Source: Octopus vulgaris
Taxonomy: Eukaryota
DNA: 64,000 nucleotides
NCBI GenBank assembly: GCA_951406725.2
Contig: OX597836.1
Coordinates: 14,756,001-14,820,000, forward strand
Reading direction: 5' to 3'
The notes below the pieces were generated by a model. That model saw only the letters and a list, made by a program, of their open reading frames with translations, was not told the DNA's origin and did no database searches. Positions 41,055-54,995 of this stretch are shown here, piece by piece (positions within the stretch are counted from its first letter, which is position 1; every line of letters begins with the position of its first letter). The translations under genes and the position numbers were made by a program.

Positions 41055-41269
41055 TTCTCCGACTCTAGCACTCTTGATTTTACCATGTGTTTCCAACTTC
41101 AAATCCCCATTTCTGACACAGTTTCCAGTGTAAAATGTTTACAACCTGGTCGCGCCTTCATTTTTTATATATTCTTCCTGTGTCAACTGAGCACTTTCTA
41201 GTTTACAAAAATTTAGTCGTTACAAAAACTGTGACGTAGGAAGTCGAAGAGGGTGTCAATCGGGTACTC

Positions 41270-42382
41270 GGTCGAGATAGATAGTTGTGTCTTACTTGTC
41301 TAACTATACTGCTATATCGGAAGGCAGCGAGCTGGCAGACACGTTAGCGCGCCGGGCGAAATGCTTAGCGGTATTTCGTCTGTCGTTACGTTCTGAGTTC
41401 AAATTCCGTCAAGGTCGACTTTGCCTTTCATCCTTTCGGGGTCGATAAATAAAGTACCAGTTTCGCACTGGGGTCGATGTAATCAACTTAATCCCTTTGT
41501 CTGTCCTTGTTTGTCCCCTCTATGTTGAGCTCCTTGTGGGCAATAAAGAAATATATACTGCTATATCGACTGCTATATCGGAAGGCGGCGAGCTGGCAGA
41601 TACGTTAGCGCGCCGGGCGAAATGCTTAGCGGTGTTTCATCTGTCGTTACGTTCTGAGTTCAAATTCCGTCAAGGTCGACTTTGCCTTTCATCCTTTCGG
41701 GGTCGATAAATAAAGTATCAGTTTCGCATTGGGGTCGATGTAATCAACTTAATCCCTTTGCCTGTCCTTGTTTGTCCCCTCTATGTTTGTGCTCCTTGTG
41801 GGCAATAAAGAAATATATATTGCTATATCGGAGTGGGCTTTATAACAATTCGACAGAGGATCACGACAGTGGTAACGAGGAATTAACATACTCACGAGGA
41901 ATTAACATACTCAGAAAAGTTTTTGTGCGAATTTTACGGCATACAAAATCGTAAAATTATGGAAGAATTGTTGGTCGCTTTGCTCGTGTTGCAAAACAGT
42001 AATAACAACAACTGCAAGAACAACAGCAACGCTTACTATTGCAGCAACAAATATTACAATTAATGAATAATAACTCGTCAAAAGATGCTGAAATGATGTT
42101 CGCACCAGATTATGTTGCAAACTCAGTAACGGGATTTAAGTATGAACCAAACGAAGGAGTTACCTTCGAGGCGTACTATAAAAGATATGAACACATCTTC
42201 AATAAGGAGTGCAAAGATTGGAGCGACGATATGAAAACGTGTCTGGTCCTAAGAAAACTGGCTGCAGCAGAACATGAATGTTAAAGCAATTACGACGTCC
42301 AGGTAAAAAAAAAACCTTATGAGGTAGACTTTAGAAATATAATAGACATATTGTGTGAAATTTTTAGCGAGAAAAGCTCGTT
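41270..42382 (+). mobile_element. Second Gypsy LTR-PBS-gag remnant, LTR interrupted by SINEs
   Basis: Homologous to about 22210-22780; PBS TGGTAACGAGGA at 41870; FKYEPNEGVTFEAYYKRYEHIF. Confidence 0.8.
41323..41815 (+). mobile_element. Two tandem SINE family A copies (41323-41553, 41584-41815)
   Basis: Each is bounded by TA(C/T)TGCTATATCG repeats. Confidence 0.9.
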
Positions 42383-42541
42383 GTGGTAAATAGCTTGCTT
42401 ACGAACCACGTGGTATCCGGGTTCAGTCCCACAACGTGGCACCTCAGGCAAGTGTCTTCTACTATAGTCTTGGGCCGACCAAAGCCTTGTGAGTGGATTC
42501 GGTAGACGGACTCTGAAAGAAGCCCGTCGTATATATGTATG

Positions 42542-42621
<80 letters not shown>

Positions 42622-42798
42622 TGTGTGTGTGTATGCGTGTGTGTATGTATGTATGTGTGTGTATATGTTTGTGTGTCTGTGTTTGTACTCCCAACATCGC
42701 TTGACAACCGATGCTGGTGTGTTTATGTCCCCGTAACTGAGCGGTTCGGCAGAGCGATCGATAGAATAAGTACTAGGTTTACAAAGAATAAGTCCTGA
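42383..42798 (+). mobile_element. SINE family B
   Basis: Head, internal (TG)n and partial tail. Confidence 0.88.
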
Positions 42799-43109
42799 GA
42801 TCTTATAAGGTTACAGAATTAACATAGGTTATAGGAACATAGACCTTCTTCGACGAAAAGATAGCTTAAACTGTGCTCTAAATGGAGGTGTAGTCAAATC
42901 CTATTTTATGGACTCAACCATGTTCTAAAATAAGTCGAAAGGTAAGCTACTCTAAATCGGCACGAACTTTCCGGACAACCCAATACTTGCTGACTCTTCG
43001 TACGAGTAAATAATTCTCTCTCCTTCTCATTCGCTTTCTCATTGCTCTCTTTTTTCTCTCTCACTCACACTTTCTCACGCTACGTAGTATAGTTTATCAT
43101 GAAACATAT

Positions 43110-43272
43110 TTTCCCAGAGTTGCTGAAGCATGGAATAAACTGCCTGCGTCAGTTGTTGACTGCCATGACACTGCATCCTTTAAGGCCCTCATGCTTTCCG
43201 AAATCCGCCGAAACTACACCTGATTATATATACACTTTAGATGAGTTGTAGTGCACCTGAGCACTGTACACA

Positions 43273-43356
<84 letters not shown>
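43110..43356 (+). mobile_element. CR1-like LINE 3' end with (ATT)n tail
   Basis: FPRVAEAWNKLPASVVDCHDTASFK...* (stop at 43221-43223), short UTR, ATT repeats. Confidence 0.75.
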
Positions 43357-43357
<1 letters not shown>

Positions 43358-44006
43358 CTGTATAAAAGCAAAACGGAAGGATGTAATATGAAGGAAATTT
43401 CACTGTTACTAAGATACTTATGTTTCGGCCAGAGCTGACCCAGACCATGGACTAGCTTTAATAGCACCACCAGGAGAAGGCACCATAGTCCATTCGAGAA
43501 TAGTATAATTGTTTGCAGAAATATAACTGGCGCATATAATATAATGAAATATAATGGCTCATTTGGAATTTATTCGAAGAATTTGTCCAGGAATTGTTGT
43601 ATCTAACAGGTTGAGTTGGCTCCTAAGATATTCCTATATTGTCGCATAATCCTAAGAAATGATTTTGATAGGTATCTGTACCAATAGATTTTCACCAAAC
43701 CCTCCGCCCCATTTTTCCTTTGGGCGGACTGGTTCCGTCGAAGGGTTTAGCAGAAAGAAAAATCAATGACTTGATTATATTTCGTGTTCATCTTTAACAA
43801 TTATTATGAAATCCTGTTCACTAGTGAGTGTTTCGATATTGCATAACCTGCTTGCTTAGAAATATCACCAAGTATTTTTGTAACTTTAAGGCATTCTCCA
43901 TTATAGTTTCCGGTTGATACTGACATCACGTGGTATTTTATGTTCGCCATTTTCCTTTCTTTCCGGTAATTTACGCGCTTCTTCTTATTCGTACATCTTC
44001 ATAATC

Positions 44007-44170
44007 CTTCTTCTTCTTCTTCTTCTTCTTCTTCTTCTTCTTCTTCTTCTTCTTCTTCTTCTTCTTCTTCTTCTTCTTCTTCTTCTTCTTCTTCTTCTTC
44101 TTCTTCTTCTTCTTCTTCTTCTTCTTCTTCTTCTTCTTCTTCTTCTTCTTCTTCTTCTTCTTCTTCTTCT
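44007..44170. repeat. (CTT)n microsatellite
   Basis: Read directly. Confidence 0.97.
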
Positions 44171-44684
44171 TTTATTATTATTATTATTCATAATTTCCTT
44201 ATTACTATTCGTTTTCTTCCTCTTTCTCTCTCTCTCTTTCTTCTTCCTCTTCTTTTCTTTCTCTTTCTTCTTATTCCTATTATTTTATATCTCTTAAGGC
44301 AAGCTGTTCTTTCAATTCCTCTTCACCCGGTCAAAACTCAGAGCCAAACCATCTACGATCTCTCTCTCTCTCTCTATCTATCTATTTTTTCTCTCTTTCA
44401 CTCACTCACTCACTGACTTTCTCTCTCTCACTCACTCACCAACTTTTTCTCTCTCTCACTTTCTCACACTCACTCCCTCACCTTCCACTTCTCCATTTTT
44501 TCCTCGCTTTATAATAACCTGTAAATAATCCTCTAACTACCTTGTCCCTATATAGTTCCCTACTATCCATATCTAACTATGCATCCACGTCCGTCAGTAT
44601 GCGTGTATGTTTGTGTGCGTGTGTCCATACATATATTTATATACATACACATATACATACATGCACATACAAATTTACATTTAC

Positions 44685-44777
<93 letters not shown>

Positions 44778-45046
44778 AACGTATATATGTGTATGTATGT
44801 GTGTGTGTATTATGTGTATACAAAGAGAGAGAGATGCAGGTACACTTATAAACACCTTTATACAATATATACTTCTGTCCTCAAACCCATCCCGGCAAAT
44901 TATCTTCAGATCTTCACCTTATTCTGTATGCATTTTATGTTTTCCTGTTACATAAGTCCCCACTTGAAACTCCGTCCTTCTCCTTCATATACAATACATG
45001 TTTGTATAACATTATAATAGATATCTTTGCTTATGTAATAATTATA

Positions 45047-45440
45047 TCTACTCTAGGCACAAGGCCTTGAAAATTTGGCGGGGAAAGGGGCTAGTCGATT
45101 ACATCGACCCCAGTGCGCAACTTGCACTTATTTCATTGACCCCGAAAGGATGAAAGGCAAAGTCGACCTCGGCGGAATTTGAACTCAGAACGTAACGGCA
45201 GACGAAATACATATTTCTTTACTACCCACAAGGGGCTAAACACAGAGAGGACAAACAAGGACAGACAAACGGATTAAGTCGATTATATCGACCCCAGTGC
45301 GTAACTGGTACTTATTTAATCGACCCCGAAAGGATAAAAGGCAAAGTCGACCTCGGCGGAATTTGAACTCAGAACGTAACGGAAGACGAAATACGGCTAC
45401 GCATTTCGCCCGGCGTGCTAACGTTTCTGCCAGCTCCCCG
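45047..45440 (-). mobile_element. SINE family A with a second body carrying an alternative tail
   Basis: Head at 45440, junction at about 45210; TSD-like TTGCTTA(T/C)GTAATAAT on both sides. Confidence 0.88.
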
Positions 45441-45893
45441 TCTTGCTTACGTAATAATAATATGCAGGCTTCGTAATAACCCCTTTCTTACCGTTATACA
45501 GCGCTGGAACATTGACACGTCCGAGCAAAATGTTTCCTCCTCCTCCTCCTCCTCCTCCTCCTCCTCCTCCTCCTCTCTCTTTCTCTTTCTGTAAGAGAGA
45601 GGGTTAGAGAGCCATGTGTGTGTGTGTGTGTGCGTGTGTGAGTGTGTGTGAGTGTGTGTGAGTGTATGTGTGGATGTGTGTGTGTCTCTGTGATTGTAAA
45701 TGTGTGTGTGTGTGTTTGTGTGTACATGTGTGTAAGAGAGAGAGAGGGTGAGAGTGTGTGTGTATGCGTGTATGTGTGTATGTGTGTGCGTGTGTGTGTG
45801 TGTTGTGTGTGTATGTAAGAGAGAGTGAGTATGTATATGTGTGTGTATGTGTGTGCGTATGTGCCTGTGTGTGTGTAAGAGAGAGACTCATTA

Positions 45894-45924
<31 letters not shown>

Positions 45925-45929
45925 AATTA

Positions 45930-45974
<45 letters not shown>

Positions 45975-46039
45975 CTCATTATGTATGTGTGCGTGTGCAT
46001 GTGTGTGTGTATGTGTGTGTGTACGTTTTATCTTCTATC

Positions 46040-46400
46040 ATTTACTTGTTTCAATCATTGGACTGAGGAATTTTTATTCGAATGAATCGACTCCATTACT
46101 TTTCTTAAGTCCCGTATTTATTCCATTGGTCTCTTCTGTTTAACAGCCAAGTTACGGGGACGTAAACACACCAACACTGGTTGTCAAACGGTGGTAGGAG
46201 TCAAACACAAATACAGTGACACACATACACACACACGTATATATATGACGGGTTTCTTTCAGTTTCCGTCTACCAAATCCATTCACAAACTTTGGTGAGC
46301 CCAATGCTTTAATAGAAGACACTTGCCCAAAGTGGCACGCAGTGGGACTGAACCCGGAACCATGTGGATGAGAAGTCAGCTCCTTACCATACAGCCATAC
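46040..46400 (-). mobile_element. SINE family B, diverged
   Basis: GTTACGGGGACGTAAACACACC...GGGACTGAACCCGGAACC. Confidence 0.8.
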
Positions 46401-46421
46401 ACGTATACGCACACACACACG

Positions 46422-46546
<125 letters not shown>

Positions 46547-46568
46547 GTGGTGATGATGATGATGGTGG

Positions 46569-46621
<53 letters not shown>

Positions 46622-46684
46622 GTGATGATGGTGATGGTGATGATGGTGATGATGATGATGATGATGATGATGGTGATGATGATG

Positions 46685-46980
46685 GTGAGCGTTGTACGAT
46701 TATTCTGTGATTATTCTGTGACCACTGTGTGGTTATTGTGTGGTCATTACGTGAGCGTTGTACGATTATTCTGTGATTATTCTGTGACCACTGTGTGGTT
46801 ACTGTGTGGCCATTGTGTGGTTACTGTGTGGTTATTGTCTGGTTATTGTGTGGTTATTGCAAGGCCATTGTACGTTTATTCTATGGCCATTGTGTGATTA
46901 TTGCGTGGTTATTGCGTGGCAATTGTACGATTATTCTGTGGTCATTATGCAGCGATTGTGTGGTTATTGTGCGGTTATTA
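46685..46980. repeat. About 11-bp minisatellite (TGTGGTTATTG-like) with a 66-bp duplication
   Basis: Read directly; an inverted copy lies at 47448-47520. Confidence 0.85.
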
Positions 46981-47360
46981 TTGTTGCCGTTTCCTTTTGC
47001 TCTCCTGAAATTTTACCCAGAAACGAAATAAGTTTATTTACACAATGTTGTGTGCGATCAACGATCCACACCTCCGTCACTTCTACCGTCACCACCTCAG
47101 TATAGCAGGACCCGCCGCCACCACTGCCACCATTACCAGCAAAAAGCGCATACCCAACTCTTAATGTCACACTTCTAACCTCTCCTCCTCCTCTTCCTCA
47201 TTAGCCACCACCACCACCACCACCACCACCACCACCACCTCCACCAAAACGATGCCCAATGTCAATCTTCCCCACCTACAGACTTCATATTTTACATTTT
47301 TTTAGTTCTGACACTTACTTTATAGACACGCATCACTTCAGTATTTGGACTGAGTCTGCT

Positions 47361-47420
<60 letters not shown>

Positions 47421-47559
47421 TATCGTGATGATAATGACGATGACGATCAGTGGTCACAGAATAATCACAGAATAATCGTACATCGCTCACGTAATGACCA
47501 CGCAATAACCACACAGTGGTGAGGGGGGAAGGGAGCAAGAGAATGGTGGGCAGGTACGT

Positions 47560-48550
47560 TGTCAACAGATCGGGTCAACATAACGGTCAACAGATCGGGC
47601 ACGGGTGATGGCGATCTTGATAATATCGGGTGTACCCCGTTGGGTTGAGGTGGCGATCCATGAGTTTGAACTGTAGCTCGTAGTTCTTGTTGTCATTAGA
47701 GCCGGTGGAGACGAAGATACTGAGAGTAAGAATGGACAGTTTGGTGTGGGTAAGGTGGGAGGAAGAGAAGTTTAGATATGAGTGTGAGTCTGCGAGTTTA
47801 TCATGGATGGAGCTGGTAAGAAAGGAGTGAGGGATGGGAACAGAAACGTAAAGTTAGTGGATATAGATGTTGGAGACAGAACAGGAGAATTCGAGGGCGC
47901 GATGGAGAGACTGGATGGAAAAGAGGAAGGCGTTGAGGTGTTCACAGGAGAGTGAGGTTGCGCCGATACAGTCGTCAATGTAACGACCGTGTAGCTCAGG
48001 AGTTGAACCAGTGAACTGAGAGAATAATTGAGCTTCAAATTTGGGCTTCAAAAGGCGGCGAGCTGGCAGAAATGTTAGCACGCCGGGCGAAATGTTTAGC
48101 AGTATTTCGCCTGCCGCTACGTTCTGAGTTCAAATTCCGCCGAGGTCGACTTGGCCTTTCATCATTTCGGAGTTGATACATTAAGTACCAGTTACGCACT
48201 GGGGTTGATATAATCTACTTAATCCGTTTGTCTGTCCTTGTTTGTCCTCTCTATGTTTAGCCCCTTGTGGGTAGTAAAGAAATAGGTATTTCGCCTGCCG
48301 CTACGTTCTGAGTTCAAATTCCGCCGAGGTCGACTTTACCTTTCATCCATTCGGGGTCGATTAAATAAGTACCAGTTACGCACTGGTGTCGATGTAATCG
48401 ACTTAATCCGTTTGTCTGTCCTTGTTTGTCCTCTCTATGTTTAGCCCCTTGTGGGCAGTAAAGAAATAAGAATATTTGGGCTTCAACACAACCAGCAAAC
48501 AGATTCGCATACTTGGGGCCCATTCTTGTTCCCAGGGTCACTTCCGAGAC
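47560..48550 (-). mobile_element. Penelope-like reverse transcriptase remnant interrupted by a SINE
   Basis: TLGTRMGPKYANLF, GRYIDDCIG and DSHSYLNFSSSH match PLE RT motifs (GxxMG..P..ANLF, RYIDD, YL...SSHP). Confidence 0.85.
48054..48468 (+). mobile_element. SINE family A with duplicated 3' body
   Basis: TSD ATTTGGGCTTCAA; junction GAAATAGGTATTTC. Confidence 0.9.
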
Positions 48551-48780
48551 CTAACAGACAAACAGACAGATAGACAGACATTCAGACGTATACATAGAGG
48601 TAGATAGCTTGAAAAAAATTAGTAAGATAAATAGTTTATAGATATACATACAGATATAAATATCAATATAAATAGATGTAGATATGCATATGAACGCAGA
48701 TTTATATAGACAGATATCTAAGTATTTATCGACCTACATTTACATAGAATACGATGTACTCAGTCAGACGGGTGTATGCG

Positions 48781-48834
<54 letters not shown>

Positions 48835-49092
48835 CGTATATATAATACATATATATGTATATACATATGAGTATATATGTATATATATATATATATAATA
48901 TATTATGTATAAATATGTGATATAAATATATATTTATATGTATATACATATACATATATATATACATACATATATACACGCTTATAAGTGGACGTATCTT
49001 GGAGTGTGCCCTAATCAATTACAAGACATTTGTATAAGCATACGTATTTGAAAATATGGGTGCGTACGTGTATGTATATGTACATATATCTA

Positions 49093-49134
<42 letters not shown>

Positions 49135-49265
49135 TTATTATTATCATCATCATCATCATTATTATATTATTATTATATATGTCATATGTATATATACATA
49201 TATATATATATGCGTGTGTGTGTGTGTATAATATATATATTTATATATATATATATATATATATC

Positions 49266-49299
<34 letters not shown>

Positions 49300-49531
49300 C
49301 ATATAAGTATGTGCATATAAACACATATATATGTGAACGTATGTATATGTTGTGGTACCTATATATATATGCGTGTATGTGTTCATTCTACTAACAATTT
49401 TTCTAACAAATGGCCCTAACTTTCTAATAAAAATCTACAAGACATCAATAAGCGAAATTAAAATATTTTATCAATTGATGTAATTGATATAAAATTGAAA
49501 ATGTGTTCTTGTTCAGTACATAAGTACGGGT

Positions 49532-49562
<31 letters not shown>

Positions 49563-49569
49563 CTTTATA

Positions 49570-49723
<154 letters not shown>

Positions 49724-49897
49724 TAGATCTACGTGTGTATGTATGTATGCACATATGTATGCATGTCTGTATAATTATATGTGTATATATATATATACAT
49801 ATATATATATACCTTTATGTGTATGCATGTAGGTAGACAAATAGACAGATAGAATGGTAGGTTGGTAGGTTGGTAGGTAGGTATGTAGGTCGGTAGG

Positions 49898-49996
<99 letters not shown>

Positions 49997-50213
49997 ATTG
50001 ACAGGCAGACAGATAGAGAGACGAACAGACAAACAAACAGACAGGCAGGCAAACAGACAGACAAGCAGGCAAATAGACTGACATACATACATAGATAGAT
50101 AGACAGTCAGTCATACATGCATTTATAGATATATATTTACATGTATGTATAAGCATACATATATAAAATATTCAAATATACTGTTGGATATACATACATA
50201 CATACATACATAA

Positions 50214-50313
<100 letters not shown>

Positions 50314-51252
50314 GTATATATATATACACACACATATATATATACACATTTATATGCACATATATTCATATATATAGACATACATATATATGTATATACA
50401 CACATATATGTATATGCATATACATATATAAACATATATATATATGTATAAGTATGTAGATATATATTATATATATATATATATATAAATGTGTGTGTGT
50501 GCATGTATGTGTATGTATGCACATATGTGTGTATATATACAAAGAGGGAGCGAGAGATTGATTATTATGTAGACAGGTAGATAGGTATATTCATATTTAT
50601 ATACATAAATGCACATGTACTTCTGATCGAACATCTTAAATTCGCATTTTAAAGAAAGAAAGAAAGAGAAGAGAACGACCGAAATGAATGAAACCTTTTT
50701 CTTTCTACATCACCTCCAAAATTACACAAAAACAAATATTAAAGACAAACAAAAGAACCCCGAAAAAAAAAAGGCATAAAATATTCATTTAGTTTCAATG
50801 TTTGATGGCAGTTAATCAATAAAGCAGACGATAAGTGTCATTTTTTTTATAAATTTTATTTCTTGCTTGTTTTCAATTTTATTTTATGTTACGTTCTATT
50901 TATTAGTTATATTTTGTTGTTTCTCGGGGAGGGGGGGGGAGATCTTGTTTAATATTTTATTCTGTTTTAATTTATTTTTTATTCATTAAACAAGTGGATA
51001 TACGCGCATGCATGTGTATGCGTGAGTGTGTGTGTCTCTATGTGCATGTATGCGTGTGTGCGTGCGTGGTTGTGTGTGTGCGTGTATGTGTGTGTGTGTG
51101 CGTGTGTGTGAGGGTGTGTGTGTGTGAGAGAGAGAGAGTGTGTGTGTATGTGTATGTGTGTGTTTATTTTTTTTATATATTGAAAATTAACACTTGAAAT
51201 CTTCAGTTTAAACATATTACAAATTGAACGGAGATTAAATACTTGATTTCTG

Positions 51253-51309
<57 letters not shown>

Positions 51310-51457
51310 TGTGTGTGTGTGAATGTGTGTGTGTGAGAGAGAGACAGACAGACAGACAGTCAAGCAGACAGACAGACAGGCAAGCAGACAGACAGACAGG
51401 CAAGTAGACAGACAGACAGACAGACAGTCAAGCAGACAGACAGACAGACAGGCAAGA

Positions 51458-51494
<37 letters not shown>

Positions 51495-51870
51495 GGCAAA
51501 CAGACAGACAGGCAAACAGACAGGCAGACAGACGTGTATTCGTGTGTTCGTATTTCTGTAAATATATGCCTGTATGTGTCTGATTGTCTGTGTCTGTCTA
51601 TGTATGTGTGTAATATTGTGTGCGTGTCTCTCTCTCTATGTATATGTGCGTGTGTGTGTGTATATGTTAGTGCTTGTTCCTGTGAATGAGTGTGCATGTT
51701 TGTATGTGTTTGTGTGTCTGTGTGTGGATGTCTGTATATGTCTGTAATTGTGTGTGCACGTGAGTGTGTATGTATGTGTAAATTTCTATGTACGTCTGTA
51801 TGTAGGTGAATGACAGTGTGTGTGTATGAGTGTGTACGAGTACCTATGTGTGTGTGACTGCGTATAAGTG

Positions 51871-51956
<86 letters not shown>

Positions 51957-52092
51957 CATTTGTATGTATGTATGTATGTGTCGTATGAATACTTATGCAT
52001 GTCTGTTTATGTATATGTATAACTATGTGACTGTTTGTGAATGTGGTATACGAGTGAGTGTGTGTATGTGTGAGAGAGAGAAGGAGAGAGAC

Positions 52093-52129
<37 letters not shown>

Positions 52130-52649
52130 GACAGAGAGAGGGTGACACATGGAGAAACAGAGAAAGAAAATCACGGAGAGTTCAGAATATAAGAGAAGAC
52201 GAGAAGTTATATCCGAGAAGTGAAGTAAAAAGTTAGAAAGTGTATTTGTAATGAGTGGGAAGATGAGAAAGAGAGGAAGCTAGATTAAGGTAAGATGAGG
52301 GAAAGTGAGAGGAGAAGATTGAAAGGGAAAGATGGATAGAGGGAGGAAGAAGGGAGAAAGTAACATTGCAGAGTGAGAGAGAAGAGACAGAGTGGAAGAA
52401 AGTGGAGATTGTTGAAGAGAGGGAAAAAGTTATTGAAGAGCTTTGCAAAGAACATGGACGATGTTTCTTTATGTGTGTGTAAGTGTATGTACATATGTGT
52501 CTGTGTGTATATATATATATGTGTGTGTATATGTGTGTGTGTATGTGTGAGTGTGTGTGTCTGTGTACGTATTCTTGTGTGCATGTGTTACGCAGGTTTG
52601 TGTATATGTGTGTGTGTGTATATTATAATATATTTTTTATTCTGTTATT

Positions 52650-52960
52650 TGTTTCAGGCTGCGGCCATGCCACAGCACTACCTTGAAGAATTTTGTTGAA
52701 TGAATCGACCCCCAGTATTTTTTAAAGCCTGGTACTTGTTTTATCGTTCCCTTTGGCCGAACCGGTTGTCAAGTGGTGGTAAGGGACACACACACACACA
52801 CATGCGCACACATAGACATAAACACAAACACACATGCAAATATGTATGTGTGTGTGTGTGTGTGTGTGCGTCAGCCTTCTTTCAGTTTCCGTTTACCAAA
52901 TCCACTCACAAGACTTTGGTCGGCCCGAGGCTTTAGTAGAAGACATTTGCCCAAGATGCC
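52650..52960 (-). mobile_element. SINE family B, diverged
   Basis: GCGGCCATGC...CCAAATCCACTCACAAG...TTGCCCAAGATGCC. Confidence 0.8.
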
Positions 52961-52989
52961 AGTGAGATTGAACCTACAATTGCTCTGGT

Positions 52990-53500
52990 TGAAGTTGGCA
53001 TTAAGGACACTTTTCTTCTTTTGGATTGATGGATAGTTTTGGGACTAGCTGCCTTTCCAGTTGCATACCCAATTCTGTCCCTTGCTTTCAATTTGAAGAT
53101 TAAATAACCTTCTATCCTCACTGCACAGCCATTCACCGTTTTCCTTTGTGATTTCAAAAAATTCTTTTCCTTGTTTTACACTTTTATCGTAGGTATTCAG
53201 CACTTTTTCTACTTTTTCTTGTACATTTTGAATTGATGAATATGGGAAATTTAATTTCTTTTGCCGTAAAAAAGTTTCTCCTTTCGAAATTTCTTTTGTC
53301 TTTCTGTCCTTCCTTTGATGGTACCTCCAAGTAACAGGTAGCGACCGACAATTTGAGGTTTCATTGATACCCTGCAGTTGTTTCCCAAAGAATGCTTTTC
53401 TAGAGGAACAGGTCATCTTTTCCTATGTGAGTCTTGAAATCGCACGAGATTCTTCGTCCAAATTTTTTGTTTCAGCACTTCTCTCATGAGACATTATTTT
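52990..53500 (-). pseudogene. Decayed protein-coding fragment, probably the N-terminal part of a DNA transposase
   Basis: Non-repetitive ORF KLNFPYSSIQNVQEKVEKVL...FEITKENGEWLCSEDRRLFNLQIESKG continuing by frameshift into RIGYATGKAASPKTIHQSKR; family assignment from recall only. Confidence 0.4.
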
Positions 53501-53609
53501 AGATACTCTAGTTGGATAAACCTGCTATTCTGAAAAACAGTTAATACAGTCAGAGTTTTTAGCGTCACAGAAATAAAAAGGAGAGGAAGAGGATATTATA
53601 TATATATGC

Positions 53610-53860
53610 GTGTGTTTGTATGGGTGTTTGTGTCTTTGCGTCTGTGTTTGTCCCCTTCACCGCTTGCCAAACGGTGTTGGTTTGTTTACGCTCCCGTAAC
53701 TTAGTGTTTCATCAATAGAAACCGATAAAATAAGTCCCAGACTTTGAAAATAAGTACTGAAGTTTATTTGTCCGATCTGTTCAATTATTAAAAAGCCCAT
53801 AATGGTTGTGCTCCAGCGTGGCCGTACCCAATGACTGAAACAAATAAAAGGTAAAAAGTA
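53610..53860 (+). mobile_element. SINE family B, old 3' half
   Basis: GTTTACGCTCCCGTAACTTAG...GCTCCAGCGTGGCCG...ATGACTGAAACA. Confidence 0.7.
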
Positions 53861-54612
53861 TTCCTGAATGATGGATAGGTTTTTCTAAAGATAATCTAAA
53901 ATCCAGTAATGCACCAAGTTTATGATTAGGGTTTTTATACGCTGAAATATCAGCAATGTTTCGGCGGAAATGTATTTGTTGAATCAGAATAAAAAGAAAT
54001 AGTTTATACCAAATTCATGTTGTACGATTTTTATTATCATATTGTACGATTCTCATGATCATATTTACGATTATCACCTTATCTCCACAGATAGAGATAT
54101 TATTCAAATGCACACGCACGTATTCATATATCTACGTATTGTGTCTCTTACAGAGAGAGCATGTATTGCATATATGTGCACGAGTGAGCTCTACAGAGAT
54201 AATGGTTCACAAACAGTACTTCTCTCTGAAGAAATTATAAAATGAATAGATTCATTATTCCCAGAGCTAGATTATTGTTCGAAATAAATATGACTTCAAT
54301 TTGTTTAAACAAAATTTTTCGTTTTCCGGTGAGATATTACAATGTCTTTATTTATATTTTTTTATGCATCTTCATAACTTTTATCTTTTATTTTTTACTT
54401 GTTTCAGTCATTAGACTGTTGTCATGTTGAGGCACAACCTTGAAGAACTTTGATAGAACGATTCGGCCTCAATATTTCTTTTTAAGTTTGGTACTTATTC
54501 TATCGGTCAGTTTTGTTAGGTCGGTCGTCAAGCACTGGTGGGAGACGAGACAAACACAGACACAAATGAGGGGTCACTGAAAATTTCCTGGCTTTGGTTT
54601 AAAAGGAAATAC

Positions 54613-54677
<65 letters not shown>

Positions 54678-54822
54678 AGTAGTTGAATGAATTATCTTAT
54701 TATGGATAATTCGGTTAACCGATAGCTGGGTAGCAAATTCACGTCAGAAAAACACGGTTGAAGCTACATGCCTAGGGCAGAGATCACATGCTATCGTGTG
54801 GAAATTTGTGTGTTTTTTTAAA

Positions 54823-54959
54823 TACAAATAAATGAAAGAATGGAGTTGAACTAACAAAACTCCTTTATTTTATTTTATTAGGAATATGCAGCCTTCGAAA
54901 CATATGTCGAAAATAAAATAAAGGAATTTTGTTAGTTCAACTCCATTCTTTCATTTATT

Positions 54960-54963
<4 letters not shown>
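54823..54963. repeat. 54-bp inverted repeat, 33-nt spacer
   Basis: 54823-54876 versus 54910-54963, 1 mismatch. Confidence 0.92.
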
Positions 54964-54995
<32 letters not shown>

